Assembly: GCA_964553375.1 (NCBI GenBank) | Contig: CAZKKN010000002.1 | Span: forward strand, 3,280-67,279 | Length of the DNA: 64,000 nt | Origin: an uncultured Eggerthellaceae bacterium | Lineage (GTDB): Bacteria; Actinomycetota; Coriobacteriia; Coriobacteriales; Eggerthellaceae | Reading direction: 5' to 3' | Part shown: piece by piece, positions 40,167 through 49,402 of the stretch | Numbering within the stretch: position 1 is the first letter of the stretch | Layout of the letters: each line of letters begins with the position of its first letter | Notes under the pieces: generated by a model | What the model was told of the DNA's origin: nothing | Seen by the model: only the letters and a program-made list of their open reading frames with translations | The model's database searches: none | Program-made: the position numbers and the translations under genes

Positions 40167-41135
40167 ATGGATGAGAGAACCGTTTTAGAGATAGAGTTGC
40201 CCCCGGGCCTGGACGCATCGCTGATCACCGGCCAGCATGACCGGTATCTGCATCTGATCCAAGACCTGTTGGAGAGCTCTGTGGCGTTGCGAGGCAACCG
40301 TCTGCACCTATCCGGTGATGCCAATGCCGTTGCCTTGGCCGAGCGCCTGTTCACGGAGATAATCGCCCGCATCCAAGGGGGCGAGTCGCTGGATGAGGAC
40401 TCCCTGCGGCGCCTGGCGCTTCTGCTCTCCAGCAGCGACCTGGCCCCGGCTGATTTGCGCCGCGATGTCATCTTAACCCATCGCGGTAAGGTGATACGCC
40501 CCAAAACCGCAGGTCAGAAGAAGTTCGTCGATGCCATCCGCAGCCATCCCATCACCTTCGGCTTAGGCCCAGCCGGCACGGGGAAGACCTTCCTCGCCTG
40601 CGCCATGGCCGTCTCGGCTCTGAAGGATAAAGAAGTGGGACGCATTGTGCTCACCCGGCCCATCGTGGAGGCAGGGGAGAGCCTGGGGTTTCTCCCCGGC
40701 ACCATCATGGAGAAGGTGGACCCTTACATCCGCCCTCTCTATGATGCCCTCTTCGACTTGATGGATGTTGAGAAGGCCGTACGGCTCATCGAAGACGGAA
40801 CCATAGAGATCACCCCTTTGGCCTTCATGCGCGGGCGCACCTTCAACGACTGCTATGTCATCTTGGATGAAGCCCAGAACACCACGCCCGAGCAGATGAA
40901 GATGTTCCTCACCCGCTTGGGCTTCGGCACCAAGATGATCATCACCGGCGATGAATCACAGTCGGATTCCCCGCGGGGTGCCGAGGGCATCCGCAGCGCC
41001 AAAGCCCATCTGAGCGCTCTGGACCAGATAGCCTTTTGCCAGCTCAAAGGCACCGATGTGGTTCGCAATTCCCTGGTAGCCGAGATAGTGGCCGCCTACG
41101 AGAAACCCGCAGACCCCTCAGGAGGCGAGCATTGA
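40167..41135 (+). CDS. phoH: PhoH-family ATPase (YbeZ-like)
   Basis: Walker A GPAGTGKTFLA and Walker B YVILDEAQN. Precedes ybeY. Confidence 0.9.
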   Translation: MDERTVLEIELPPGLDASLITGQHDRYLHLIQDLLESSVALRGNRLHLSGDANAVALAERLFTEIIARIQGGESLDEDSLRRLALLLSSSDLAPADLRRDVILTHRGKVIRPKTAGQKKFVDAIRSHPITFGLGPAGTGKTFLACAMAVSALKDKEVGRIVLTRPIVEAGESLGFLPGTIMEKVDPYIRPLYDALFDLMDVEKAVRLIEDGTIEITPLAFMRGRTFNDCYVILDEAQNTTPEQMKMFLTRLGFGTKMIITGDESQSDSPRGAEGIRSAKAHLSALDQIAFCQLKGTDVVRNSLVAEIVAAYEKPADPSGGEH

Positions 41136-41623
41136 TGGAGATAATCATCGAAGACGAGCAAGGCGATGGCTCTGTGCTCCAGCTCTTCGCCATGGAAGAC
41201 CTCGCACGGCTCGTGCTCGGCCATGAGGAGGTGCCCGCTTCCACGGAAGTCTCCATCACGTTTGTGACCGAGGAGAGGATCCACGAGCTCAACCGCGAAT
41301 TCCGCTCTCAAGACAGGCCCACCGATGTGCTCTCCTTCGAATGCGACGGCGTTGCCGATGGCTTTGCCGACGCTACCGCTGAGGGCATGCCCTTCGAGCT
41401 GGGGGATATCGTCATAGCCCCGGCCCTGGCAAAGCGTCAGGCCGCTGAATACGGTTTGGATGCCGCAGAGGAACTCAGCTTGCTCATCACCCACGGGCTG
41501 CTGCATCTGTGCGGCTATGACCACTTGGACGACATCGAAGCCGAGGCCATGGAGGCACGGGAGGTGGAACTGCTCACCGAGTTCTGGGGACGTCCCTTCA
41601 AGCGTCACCGGATGGCGGGCTGA
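41135..41623 (+). CDS. ybeY: rRNA maturation endoribonuclease YbeY
   Basis: Zinc motif HGLLHLCGYDH. I trimmed the start to ATG 41135 (MEIIIEDE...), which overlaps the phoH TGA stop. Confidence 0.9.
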   Translation: MEIIIEDEQGDGSVLQLFAMEDLARLVLGHEEVPASTEVSITFVTEERIHELNREFRSQDRPTDVLSFECDGVADGFADATAEGMPFELGDIVIAPALAKRQAAEYGLDAAEELSLLITHGLLHLCGYDHLDDIEAEAMEAREVELLTEFWGRPFKRHRMAG

Positions 41624-41626
41624 GCT

Positions 41627-41992
41627 GTGGCCCATCCGTTTCTCCACTCCTTCGCCTTCGCAGGCAAAGGCATCCTCTACACCTTCAAGGAAGGGCGCAA
41701 TTTCAAAGTGCAGCTCGGATTCGCCGCAGCGGCCTTGGGTCTTTGCGCTCTGCTTTCAGTCAGCCCCACCGAATGGATTGTGGTGATACTCTGCATCGCA
41801 ACGGTTTTAGGCAGCGAATGCTTGAACACCGCCATCGAAGCCGCTGTGGACCTCTCAAGCCCTGATATCCATCCTTTGGCCGGGGCCGCCAAGGACTGCG
41901 CCGCTGGCGGCGTGCTCCTTGCCTCGGCTGCATCCCTGGTCATCGGACTCATCATCTTCTTGCCGCGCCTCTGGAACCTCTTCTTCGCTTAA
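41627..41992 (+). CDS. dgkA: diacylglycerol/undecaprenol kinase family membrane protein
   Basis: 121 aa with three TM helices and a GSECLNTAIEAAVD motif. Conserved ybeY-dgkA-era order. GTG start. Confidence 0.8.
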   Translation: MAHPFLHSFAFAGKGILYTFKEGRNFKVQLGFAAAALGLCALLSVSPTEWIVVILCIATVLGSECLNTAIEAAVDLSSPDIHPLAGAAKDCAAGGVLLASAASLVIGLIIFLPRLWNLFFA

Positions 41993-42001
41993 GGAGCCCC
42001 A

Positions 42002-42922
42002 ATGCCTTCGAACCCGTCCATCCCTTCTGACTTCCGCTCGGGATTCCTCACGTTGGTGGGACGCCCCAACGCCGGTAAATCCACGCTGCTCAATGCCATC
42101 ATGGGCAAGAAGATCGCCATCACCTCCGATACGGCCCAGACGACCCGCCACCGGTTTCGCGCCATCGCCACCGCCGATGACTATCAACTGATCATCGTGG
42201 ATACCCCGGGCATCCATAAGCCCCACGATGCCCTGGGAGAAGAGCTCAACACCTCTGCAGTCAAAGCCTTGGAGGATGTGGATGCGATCGCCATGCTCAT
42301 AGACGCCTCCCAGCCTGTTGGCACCGGCGATCAGTGGGTGGCAAGCCAGCTTGCCCGTATCCCCACGAAGAAGGTCCTGGTGCTCTCCAAGACCGACCTG
42401 GTGGATGAGAAGACCCTTGAGGCCCAGCGTGAAGCGGCGAGCGAGCTTGCGCCTTGGGATGATATCCTGTGCTGCTCGGCACTCATCCCCCAAAGCGTGG
42501 AGGAGTTCGTCGAGCGCATCGTGCCCCTCATGCCTGAAGGCCCCCAATGGTTTCCCGCCGACATGGAGACAGACCAGCCCTTGGAGGTCATCGTGGCCGA
42601 ATTCATCCGCGAGAAAGTGCTCAGGAACTTTCGCGACGAGATCCCCCATGCCATCGGCGTGCAAACCGAGGAACTCTCCTATTCCGCCAAGAAGGACCTC
42701 TATCGCATCAGCGCCATCATCTACACCGAGCAGGAAAGCCAGAAGGGCATGATCATCGGCAAGGGGGGAGCGGCCATCAAGGCCATCGGCACCGAGGCGC
42801 GCTGTGACCTTGAACGGCTGCTCGGCTGCCGGGTGTTTTTGGACCTGCGCGTGAAGGTGAAGAAGAATTGGAGGAAAGACGCCAGCCAGATACGCCGCTT
42901 CGGCTACGGAGAAGGCGCCTAA
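42002..42922 (+). CDS. era: GTPase Era
   Basis: G1 GRPNAGKSTLLN, G3 DTPG and C-terminal KH domain (QKGMIIGKGG). Confidence 0.95.
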   Translation: MPSNPSIPSDFRSGFLTLVGRPNAGKSTLLNAIMGKKIAITSDTAQTTRHRFRAIATADDYQLIIVDTPGIHKPHDALGEELNTSAVKALEDVDAIAMLIDASQPVGTGDQWVASQLARIPTKKVLVLSKTDLVDEKTLEAQREAASELAPWDDILCCSALIPQSVEEFVERIVPLMPEGPQWFPADMETDQPLEVIVAEFIREKVLRNFRDEIPHAIGVQTEELSYSAKKDLYRISAIIYTEQESQKGMIIGKGGAAIKAIGTEARCDLERLLGCRVFLDLRVKVKKNWRKDASQIRRFGYGEGA

Positions 42923-43039
42923 ACGGTCAACGACGGGAACACGACCCCGCAAGCCCTCCATAAGTTTCCGTTCAGTGCCGAAAATGGGACTAATTGAGAT
43001 AGAATAATCGTTTGACCGATAGGAGGAAACGCCGGCCCT

Positions 43040-44719
43040 ATGCTCTGCCCCAACTGTGAAACAGAGAACAGCGAGGACGCTCGCCTTTGCAGCGAATGCG
43101 GTTTCCCTTTGAGCGGGGCCGTAGCGCGTGGCGGCGGCGCTGCCTCGTTTGCGCGGAGCACCCCTGCCTATAGCCGGCCCTCCACCCCCGAGCCCGCTCC
43201 CGAACCCGATTGGGAGAGCCGTTCCTATGATGCGCCTCGCCGCCCTTCGCGGCGCACCTCGTCTCTGGAAGAGGAGCTCGCCGCCCAGAAGACCGGCTTT
43301 TCCTGGGAACCGCGGGCCAAACAGCCCTTCGAGGGCTTCGAGGGGGAAGAGGAGAACATCTTCCGCCAGGAGCCGGCCTCCCAAGCCGTCACGGAAGATG
43401 CTGCGCCATCCCCCGAGGCGGAATCCTTCGAGGAATATAGCGAGTATGAGGAATACACCGGGTTCGGCGCCCAGGACGCCTTCAACTCCTTCGATGGCTT
43501 CAATACGTTCGTCACCGGGCAAAACGCCTTTGAGCCGGAGCTCATCGGCTACGAAGCCGAAGCAGACTACACCCGCCCCTTGGAAAGCGGCGTTGCCCTT
43601 GATGGGGAGGGCGCCTTAAGCGAGACAGCATCGGGCAATACCCTGAAGTTCGATGACGATGACCCGTTTTTCAGCCCCAACGCCTCTGGCCTCAATCTCG
43701 ACCATACCGGCGTCATGGAGCCTTTCACCTTGGATGGGGAAAACGCTCAGGACAAGGCGCGCAACTACCGGATCGCACCGCCCGAACGCCGCTTCAGCGG
43801 CAAGCAGATAGCGCTCATCGTGGGTGGCATCGTGGTCATCGCCGTGGCCGCCATCGCCGTCATAGGTTTCGCGCTGGGCCTGTGGGGAGGTGTGGCCGTA
43901 CCCAATGTGGTGGGCATGTCCCAACAGGATGCCGAGGCCGCCCTGACCGAGAAGGGCTTCACCACCAAGGTGATGCAGGTGAAATCCGACGAAGTTGAGG
44001 GCCGCGTGCTCATCATGGATCCGGGCGCAGGCACCTTCGCCGAAGAGGGCTCCGAGGTCATCATACACGTGGCCACAGCCCGCACCATCCCCAATGTGGT
44101 GGGCATGACCTTAGAGGAGGCCCAAGCCGCCCTGGCCGAAGCGGGATACACCAACGTGAAGACCAATGTGCAATACACCGATGAGGAGGAGGAGGGCATC
44201 GTCCTCTCCATCACCCCCGAACCCGATTCCCGGGCCCGCAGCAGCGTGGAGATCACTATCACGGTCTCTGAGAACTACCGCGTACCTGATATCTCGGGCA
44301 TGAGCCTGGAAGAGGCTCAGAAGGCCATCGAGGATGCCGAGCTCACGCCTACCATCATGTACATCGATACCGACCAATACCCCGATGGCAGCGTCATCGG
44401 CACAGACCCCGAAGCCGGCACCAAAGTATCCCAAGGCGCCTATGTGGCCATCACCATCGCCCGGTTGCGGGGCGTGGAGCTCGTAGCCTTGGCTGAAGAC
44501 CTGATCGCCGAGGGCAAGACCATAGAGATCGGCGGCGTGAACTATCAGATAGAATCCGTCTCGTCCATGAGCTATCAAGGCGATGACATCGTTGCGTTCA
44601 CCATAACCGCCAAGCCCTTCGTCAACTTCTTCGGGGAAACGCTTTTCGCCAGCTCATCCCAAACCGTCACCGGTCAGATCTCCTTCGATTCAAACAACCA
44701 GGTTCTGGGGATCTATTAG
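43040..44719 (+). CDS. zinc-ribbon / single-TM / triple-PASTA domain protein
   Basis: CPNCETENSEDARLCSECG ribbon, an acidic disordered region, the TM helix IALIVGGIVVIAVAAIAVIGFALGLWG, then three PASTA-like modules (VPNVVGMSQQDAEAALTEKGF..., IPNVVGMTLEEAQAALAEAGY..., VPDISGMSLEEAQKAIEDAEL...). Confidence 0.8.
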   Translation: MLCPNCETENSEDARLCSECGFPLSGAVARGGGAASFARSTPAYSRPSTPEPAPEPDWESRSYDAPRRPSRRTSSLEEELAAQKTGFSWEPRAKQPFEGFEGEEENIFRQEPASQAVTEDAAPSPEAESFEEYSEYEEYTGFGAQDAFNSFDGFNTFVTGQNAFEPELIGYEAEADYTRPLESGVALDGEGALSETASGNTLKFDDDDPFFSPNASGLNLDHTGVMEPFTLDGENAQDKARNYRIAPPERRFSGKQIALIVGGIVVIAVAAIAVIGFALGLWGGVAVPNVVGMSQQDAEAALTEKGFTTKVMQVKSDEVEGRVLIMDPGAGTFAEEGSEVIIHVATARTIPNVVGMTLEEAQAALAEAGYTNVKTNVQYTDEEEEGIVLSITPEPDSRARSSVEITITVSENYRVPDISGMSLEEAQKAIEDAELTPTIMYIDTDQYPDGSVIGTDPEAGTKVSQGAYVAITIARLRGVELVALAEDLIAEGKTIEIGGVNYQIESVSSMSYQGDDIVAFTITAKPFVNFFGETLFASSSQTVTGQISFDSNNQVLGIY

Positions 44720-44725
44720 CCGCCC

Positions 44726-45499
44726 ATGGCATCCAAGACCTATAAGACCCGCGCCATCGTGCTGAAGAAAACGCGGCTCGGGGAAAAGGACCTCATCATC
44801 ACCTTGATAGGGGAAAGCGGAAGCCTGATCAAGGCTGTGGCCAAAGGGGCCCGCAAGCCGGGCAGCTCCAAAGCAGCGACCTTGGAGCTCTTCTCCACGG
44901 TGGACCTGCTTTTGGTCCAGGGTCGCTCCCTGGACATAGTGAGCGACGCCGCCCTGGTACCCGGGAAAACACCCCTCACCTCCTTGGAGGCCTCAACCTG
45001 CGCCTCACCGTTGGCAGAGCTTCTGAGCCTGGTGGCCCAAGAACAGCTGGAGCAGCCCCGGCTCTTCCAGCTTGCCCAAGCGAGCTTCGACGCTCTGGGC
45101 CAGGCCAGTGACGTGAATCGTCTGTTCATCACCGCTGCTTCCCTTTGGAAGGTCCTTGGTCAGGCCGGATTCAAGCCCAGCTTCTCCCAGTGCCCCCACT
45201 GCGGCCAGGAGGTGCTTGGGGAAGGGGAGGGGTGTTTGCGCTTCTCACCTGAGGAAGGCGGGGTGCTCTGTACCCAAGCCCCCCAGGCTTTCGATGCCCT
45301 GCGGGTGGACCGGGAGGTGCTGCGCTGGTGCTCGTTCGCCCTTCAGGGCCGCTATGATGAGCTTCTGAACACCTCAGTGGATACCCAGACCGCCCGAGCG
45401 CTTCTCAACCTTGCCCGCCAATGGATGGTCGCCCACATCGGCCGTCCCCTTCGCTCCTTGGATTTTGTTGTAACATCGAATCTGATATGCACCAGATGA
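44726..45499 (+). CDS. recO: DNA repair protein RecO
   Basis: N-terminal OB-fold RAIVLKKTRLGEKDLIITL and a CPHCG zinc motif. Conserved position downstream of era. Confidence 0.88.
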   Translation: MASKTYKTRAIVLKKTRLGEKDLIITLIGESGSLIKAVAKGARKPGSSKAATLELFSTVDLLLVQGRSLDIVSDAALVPGKTPLTSLEASTCASPLAELLSLVAQEQLEQPRLFQLAQASFDALGQASDVNRLFITAASLWKVLGQAGFKPSFSQCPHCGQEVLGEGEGCLRFSPEEGGVLCTQAPQAFDALRVDREVLRWCSFALQGRYDELLNTSVDTQTARALLNLARQWMVAHIGRPLRSLDFVVTSNLICTR

Positions 45500-45572
45500 A
45501 TAGGATCTGAAAGATTACGCTCAGAAGCTCCGCAGCCTTCGCTCCACCTTCCAGATCCTATTCATCTGGTGC
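45489..45572. repeat. perfect 21-bp inverted repeat with 42-nt spacer
   Basis: GCACCAGATGAATAGGATCTG (45489-45509) and its exact reverse complement CAGATCCTATTCATCTGGTGC (45552-45572). As RNA the stem extends to about 26 bp with A-U, G-U and G-C pairs (45484-45577). Arm 1 contains the recO stop codon. Confidence 0.95.
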
Positions 45573-45607
45573 GTGTCCTACCTGACAAGAGAAGCAAGGA
45601 GGGACCG

Positions 45608-45856
45608 ATGACCACCTACCACCCCCGCGGCGTGTGCTCGCAGCGCATCGATTTCACTATCACCGACCAGGGGAAACTGACTGACGTATCTTTTCTCGGC
45701 GGCTGTAACGGCAACCTCAAGGCCATCGCCAAGCTCATAGAGGGCAAGGATGCCCAGGAGGTCATAGACCTCTTGGAAGGCAACACCTGCGGCCCCCGCT
45801 CCACCTCCTGCGCCGACCAGCTGGCCCAGGGACTTAAGGAGGCTTTGAGCCGCTAG
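45608..45856 (+). CDS. TSCPD-domain small protein (TIGR03905-like)
   Basis: GVCSQRIDF...FLGGCNGNLKAI...GNTCGPRSTSCADQLA pattern. AAGGAGGG Shine-Dalgarno sequence 5 nt upstream of ATG 45608. The track's GTG at 45569 lies inside the inverted repeat. Confidence 0.75.
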   Translation: MTTYHPRGVCSQRIDFTITDQGKLTDVSFLGGCNGNLKAIAKLIEGKDAQEVIDLLEGNTCGPRSTSCADQLAQGLKEALSR

Positions 45857-46027
45857 CCGGGACTCTGTGCGCAAAACGTGGACATTTCGGCGTCTTTCCC
45901 CAAATACAGGTAGAATAGACAAGCTGTGCGAAAACGCAGCAACGCTTAAGGCTTGGATCCGATGACCACCGCATGGGACCCCAGCTTTAAGGGAGCCATG
46001 AACTACGGAAAAGGAAGGTGGAAAAGC

Positions 46028-46315
46028 ATGGCAGAGAAACTGAGCATCTCCAAGGAGCGCACCGCAGAACTCGTGAAGGAGTTCGGGGGCGACGAGAAGA
46101 ACACCGGCAACGTGGAAGTGCAGGTGGCCATCCTCACCGAGCGCATCCGCAACCTCACGGAGCATCTCAAGACCCACAAGAAGGACAATCACACCCGTCG
46201 CGGCCTGATGAAGCTCATCGGTAAACGCCGTGGCCTGCTGAAATACATCAAGCAGCGCAACATCGACCAATACCGCGCCTTGGTGCAGAAGCTTGGCATC
46301 CGCGACAATATCTAG
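46028..46315 (+). CDS. rpsO: 30S ribosomal protein S15
   Basis: [37 protein letters not shown] trimmed the start to ATG 46028, which has a GGAAGGTGG Shine-Dalgarno sequence. Confidence 0.93.
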   Translation: MAEKLSISKERTAELVKEFGGDEKNTGNVEVQVAILTERIRNLTEHLKTHKKDNHTRRGLMKLIGKRRGLLKYIKQRNIDQYRALVQKLGIRDNI

Positions 46316-46321
46316 GCACTG

Positions 46322-46348
46322 AGAACCCGCGGGAAGCGGGTTCTTTCA
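46322..46348 (+). terminator. rpsO-pnp intergenic hairpin (terminator/processing site)
   Basis: 9-bp stem AGAACCCGC / GCGGGTTCT with loop GGGAA, followed by TTC. It lies 7 nt after the rpsO stop. Confidence 0.7.
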
Positions 46349-46383
46349 CAAAGAGGAACAAAGAGGAAGAGGAAAGAATAAGC

Positions 46384-48567
46384 ATGGAGAAGATCGTCGA
46401 AGAATTCGAACTCTACGGCAAGACCTATCGACTGGAAACCGGCGAGCTCGCCAAACAGGCAACCGGTGCGGTAGTGGTATGCCAGGGCGACACCACGGTG
46501 CTGGTGACCGCCGTTATTTCCAAAGATGAGAAGGACTATGATTTCTTCCCGCTCACCGTTGACTACATCGAGAAGATGTATGCCGTGGGCCGCATCCCCG
46601 GCGGGTATCTGAAGCGCGAATCCCGTCCGTCTGAGAAGGGCACCTTAACGGCCCGCATGATCGACCGTCCCATCCGCCCCGGCTTCGCCGACGGCTTCAA
46701 GCGTGAGGTCCATGTGGTGGCCACCACCCTGGTGGCAGACCAGATCAACCCCATCGACAACATCTGCGTCATGGGCGCTTCCGCCGCCTTGATGATCGGC
46801 GACGCGCCTTTCGATGGTCCTTGCGCCTGCGTGCGCGTGGGCCGCGACATCCAGACCGGCGATTTCATCTGCAACCCCACCTATGAGGAGCAGGAGAACT
46901 CGGATCTGGACCTGGTCATCGCAGGCACCACCGATTACATCTCCATGATCGAGGCCGGCGCCGAGGAGATCTCCGAAGAGGACATGCTCGCCGCCATGAG
47001 CTTCGGCCAGACGGCTATCGCCCAGTTCTGCGAGGCTCAGCAGCGCTTCCTGGACCGTTGCACCATCGAGAGCCGCGAGTGGCCCGTCCATCAGGCAGAC
47101 CCCTGCATCGAGGAGCGCGTGGGCAAATACGCCGCCGATATGAGCGCCGCCCTGAAGGACCCGGACAAGCTCGCCCGCATGGAGAAGGTGGAGGAGCTCA
47201 AGGCCCGCATCGAATCCGAGCAGTTCAGCGACGAGGAGCGCCTGGCATGGAAGGGCGACATCGCCGCAGCCTTGAAGAGCCTGGAGAAGCATGCCATGCG
47301 CGCGATGATCATCGAGACCGGTGAGCGTGCCGACGGCCGCACCCCCGAGGAGATCCGCCCCCTCTACATCGTGCCGGGTTATCTGCCGCGCGTCCATGGT
47401 TCGGGCCTCTTCCAGCGCGGCCAGACCCAGGTGCTCTCCATCTGCACCTTGGGCATGCTCAACGAATGGCAGCGCCTGGATACCATCGAACCCGTGGACG
47501 GCAAACGCTACATGCACCATTACAACTTCCCGCCCTATTGCACCGGTGAGGCCGGCCGCATGGGAGCGCCGAAGCGCCGCGAAGTGGGCCACGGCGCCCT
47601 GGCCGAGCGCGCGCTGAAGCCGGTGCTCCCCAGCGAGGATGAATTCCCTTACGCCATCCGCGTGGTCTCGGAGGTGCTGGAGTCCAACGGCTCTTCCTCC
47701 ATGGCCTCCACCTGCGGTTCCACCTTGGCCCTCATGGACGCAGGCGTGCCCATCAAGGCCCCGGTCTCCGGCATCGCCATGGGCCTCATCAAGGAGGGCG
47801 ATGACGTGGTGATCCTGTCGGACATCCAGGGCATCGAGGACTTCCTGGGCGATATGGACTTCAAGGTGACCGGCACCGAGGCCGGCATCACCGCCTTGCA
47901 GATGGATAACAAGGCCCGCGGCCTTTCGGTTGAGATCCTCGCTCGCGCCCTTGAGCAGGCAAAACGCGGCCGTGCCTTCATCCTGCAGGCCATGCTGGAG
48001 AAGATTCCTGCTCCCCGTGAGACCCTTTCGGACTACGCGCCGCGCATCGAGACCATCCACATCCCCGTGGATAAGATCCGCGACGTCATCGGCTCGGGTG
48101 GCAAGGTGGTGCGCGGCATCCAAGAGGAAACCGGCGTGTCCATCGACATCCAAGAAGACGGCACCATCCATATCGCCGCCGTAGACGGCGAAGCCGGAGA
48201 GGCCGCCAAGGCCATGATCTTGGGCATCGTGAAAGAGCCCGAGGTGGGCGAGGAGTACGAAGGCGAAGTGGTGGGCATCAAGGACTTCGGCGCTTTCGTG
48301 AAGCTCACTCCGGCGAAAGACGGCCTGCTCCACATCTCCCGTGTGGCCAACGGCCGCGTGGGCAAGGTGGAAGACGTGCTGTCCGTGGGCGATACGGTGA
48401 AGGTGGTCGTTTTGGATGTTGATCCCAAAAACGGCAAGATCTCCCTTGACCGCCTGGATAAGCCCGATGTAGCCGGTGGCGACGACAATCGCGGCAACCA
48501 TGGCGAGCGTCCCCATCACAACGATAACCACCGGGATCGCAAGCCGCGCCGCAGCCATGGAGCCTAG
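46384..48567 (+). CDS. pnp: polyribonucleotide nucleotidyltransferase (PNPase)
   Basis: Two RNase PH domains (GDMDFKVTGTEAG), a KH domain and an S1 domain (GEVVGIKDFGAFV). Basic His/Arg-rich C-terminal tail. Confidence 0.95.
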   Translation: MEKIVEEFELYGKTYRLETGELAKQATGAVVVCQGDTTVLVTAVISKDEKDYDFFPLTVDYIEKMYAVGRIPGGYLKRESRPSEKGTLTARMIDRPIRPGFADGFKREVHVVATTLVADQINPIDNICVMGASAALMIGDAPFDGPCACVRVGRDIQTGDFICNPTYEEQENSDLDLVIAGTTDYISMIEAGAEEISEEDMLAAMSFGQTAIAQFCEAQQRFLDRCTIESREWPVHQADPCIEERVGKYAADMSAALKDPDKLARMEKVEELKARIESEQFSDEERLAWKGDIAAALKSLEKHAMRAMIIETGERADGRTPEEIRPLYIVPGYLPRVHGSGLFQRGQTQVLSICTLGMLNEWQRLDTIEPVDGKRYMHHYNFPPYCTGEAGRMGAPKRREVGHGALAERALKPVLPSEDEFPYAIRVVSEVLESNGSSSMASTCGSTLALMDAGVPIKAPVSGIAMGLIKEGDDVVILSDIQGIEDFLGDMDFKVTGTEAGITALQMDNKARGLSVEILARALEQAKRGRAFILQAMLEKIPAPRETLSDYAPRIETIHIPVDKIRDVIGSGGKVVRGIQEETGVSIDIQEDGTIHIAAVDGEAGEAAKAMILGIVKEPEVGEEYEGEVVGIKDFGAFVKLTPAKDGLLHISRVANGRVGKVEDVLSVGDTVKVVVLDVDPKNGKISLDRLDKPDVAGGDDNRGNHGERPHHNDNHRDRKPRRSHGA

Positions 48568-49339
48568 GGCTGTGATCCGCGTCGCTGTTGCCGGCTGTGC
48601 CGGTCGCATGGGCACAGCCGTGGTGAATGCCGTATCCGATGCCGCAGACATGGAATTGGTCTGCGGCATCGACCCGCACGGGACCGCGTCATCCTTTCCC
48701 GTCTACAAGGACATAGTTGAAGCCCTCGCCGAAGAGAGCTTCGATGTGCTCGTTGATTTCACCGCTCCTTCGGTGGTGGCGGGCAACCTTGAGGCGGCGC
48801 TGCCCCAAGGGGTGAACTGCGTTGTGGGCACAACGGGGCTTTCCACCGAGGAGCTTGAGCGCCTCGCTGCTCTCGCATCCCCAGGGACATGCCTGTTCTA
48901 CGCCCCCAACTTCACCACGGGAGCCGTGCTCATGATGGAGTTCGCCAAGGCGGCGGCTCCCTATTTCCCCCAGGCCGAGGTGATGGAGTTCCATCATTGC
49001 CGCAAGAAGGACGCCCCATCGGGTACGGCCGTCCGCACAGCCCAGCTCATAGCCCAAGCCCGGGATGGCGAACCCTCAGAGGCCCCCGGGGCCGAAACCG
49101 AGGTGAATGGCTGCGAGGGGGCCCGGGGCGCCTTGGTAGAGGGGATCCCCGTCCATTCGGTGCGCTCCATGGGCTATGTGGCCAGCCAAGAGGTGATCTT
49201 CGGCTCTTTGGGGCAAACCCTCACCATCCGCCACGATTCCTGGGACACCGGTTCCTATATGCCGGGGGTATTGCTGGGAATCCGCTCGGTAGGGGACCGA
49301 AGCGGGCTCATCGTGGGCCTGGAGAACTTCATGCAATAA
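48557..49339 (+). CDS. dapB: 4-hydroxy-tetrahydrodipicolinate reductase
   Basis: IRVAVAGCAGRMG Rossmann motif and EFHHCRKKDAPSGTA. The start is ATG 48557 (11-nt overlap with pnp) or GTG 48572; the track's 48476 start is an over-extension. Confidence 0.88.
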   Translation: MEPRAVIRVAVAGCAGRMGTAVVNAVSDAADMELVCGIDPHGTASSFPVYKDIVEALAEESFDVLVDFTAPSVVAGNLEAALPQGVNCVVGTTGLSTEELERLAALASPGTCLFYAPNFTTGAVLMMEFAKAAAPYFPQAEVMEFHHCRKKDAPSGTAVRTAQLIAQARDGEPSEAPGAETEVNGCEGARGALVEGIPVHSVRSMGYVASQEVIFGSLGQTLTIRHDSWDTGSYMPGVLLGIRSVGDRSGLIVGLENFMQ

Positions 49340-49402
49340 GACTAGGCGGCGATTTCTGCCATAATGGTGGCAGGAACATCGCCGAGCTTCGAGGAGCAAA
49401 CA

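Noticed and set aside
41855-43522. 555-aa ORF on the minus strand.
   Set aside because: It is antisense to dgkA, era and the 5' part of the PASTA gene. Era is unmistakable on the + strand. The antisense product is Gly/Arg/Ala-rich with no recognisable motif.
46645-48669. 674-aa ORF on the minus strand.
   Set aside because: It mirrors almost the whole pnp gene. The product has typical antisense composition (G/A/H/D/L-rich) and no start context or motifs.
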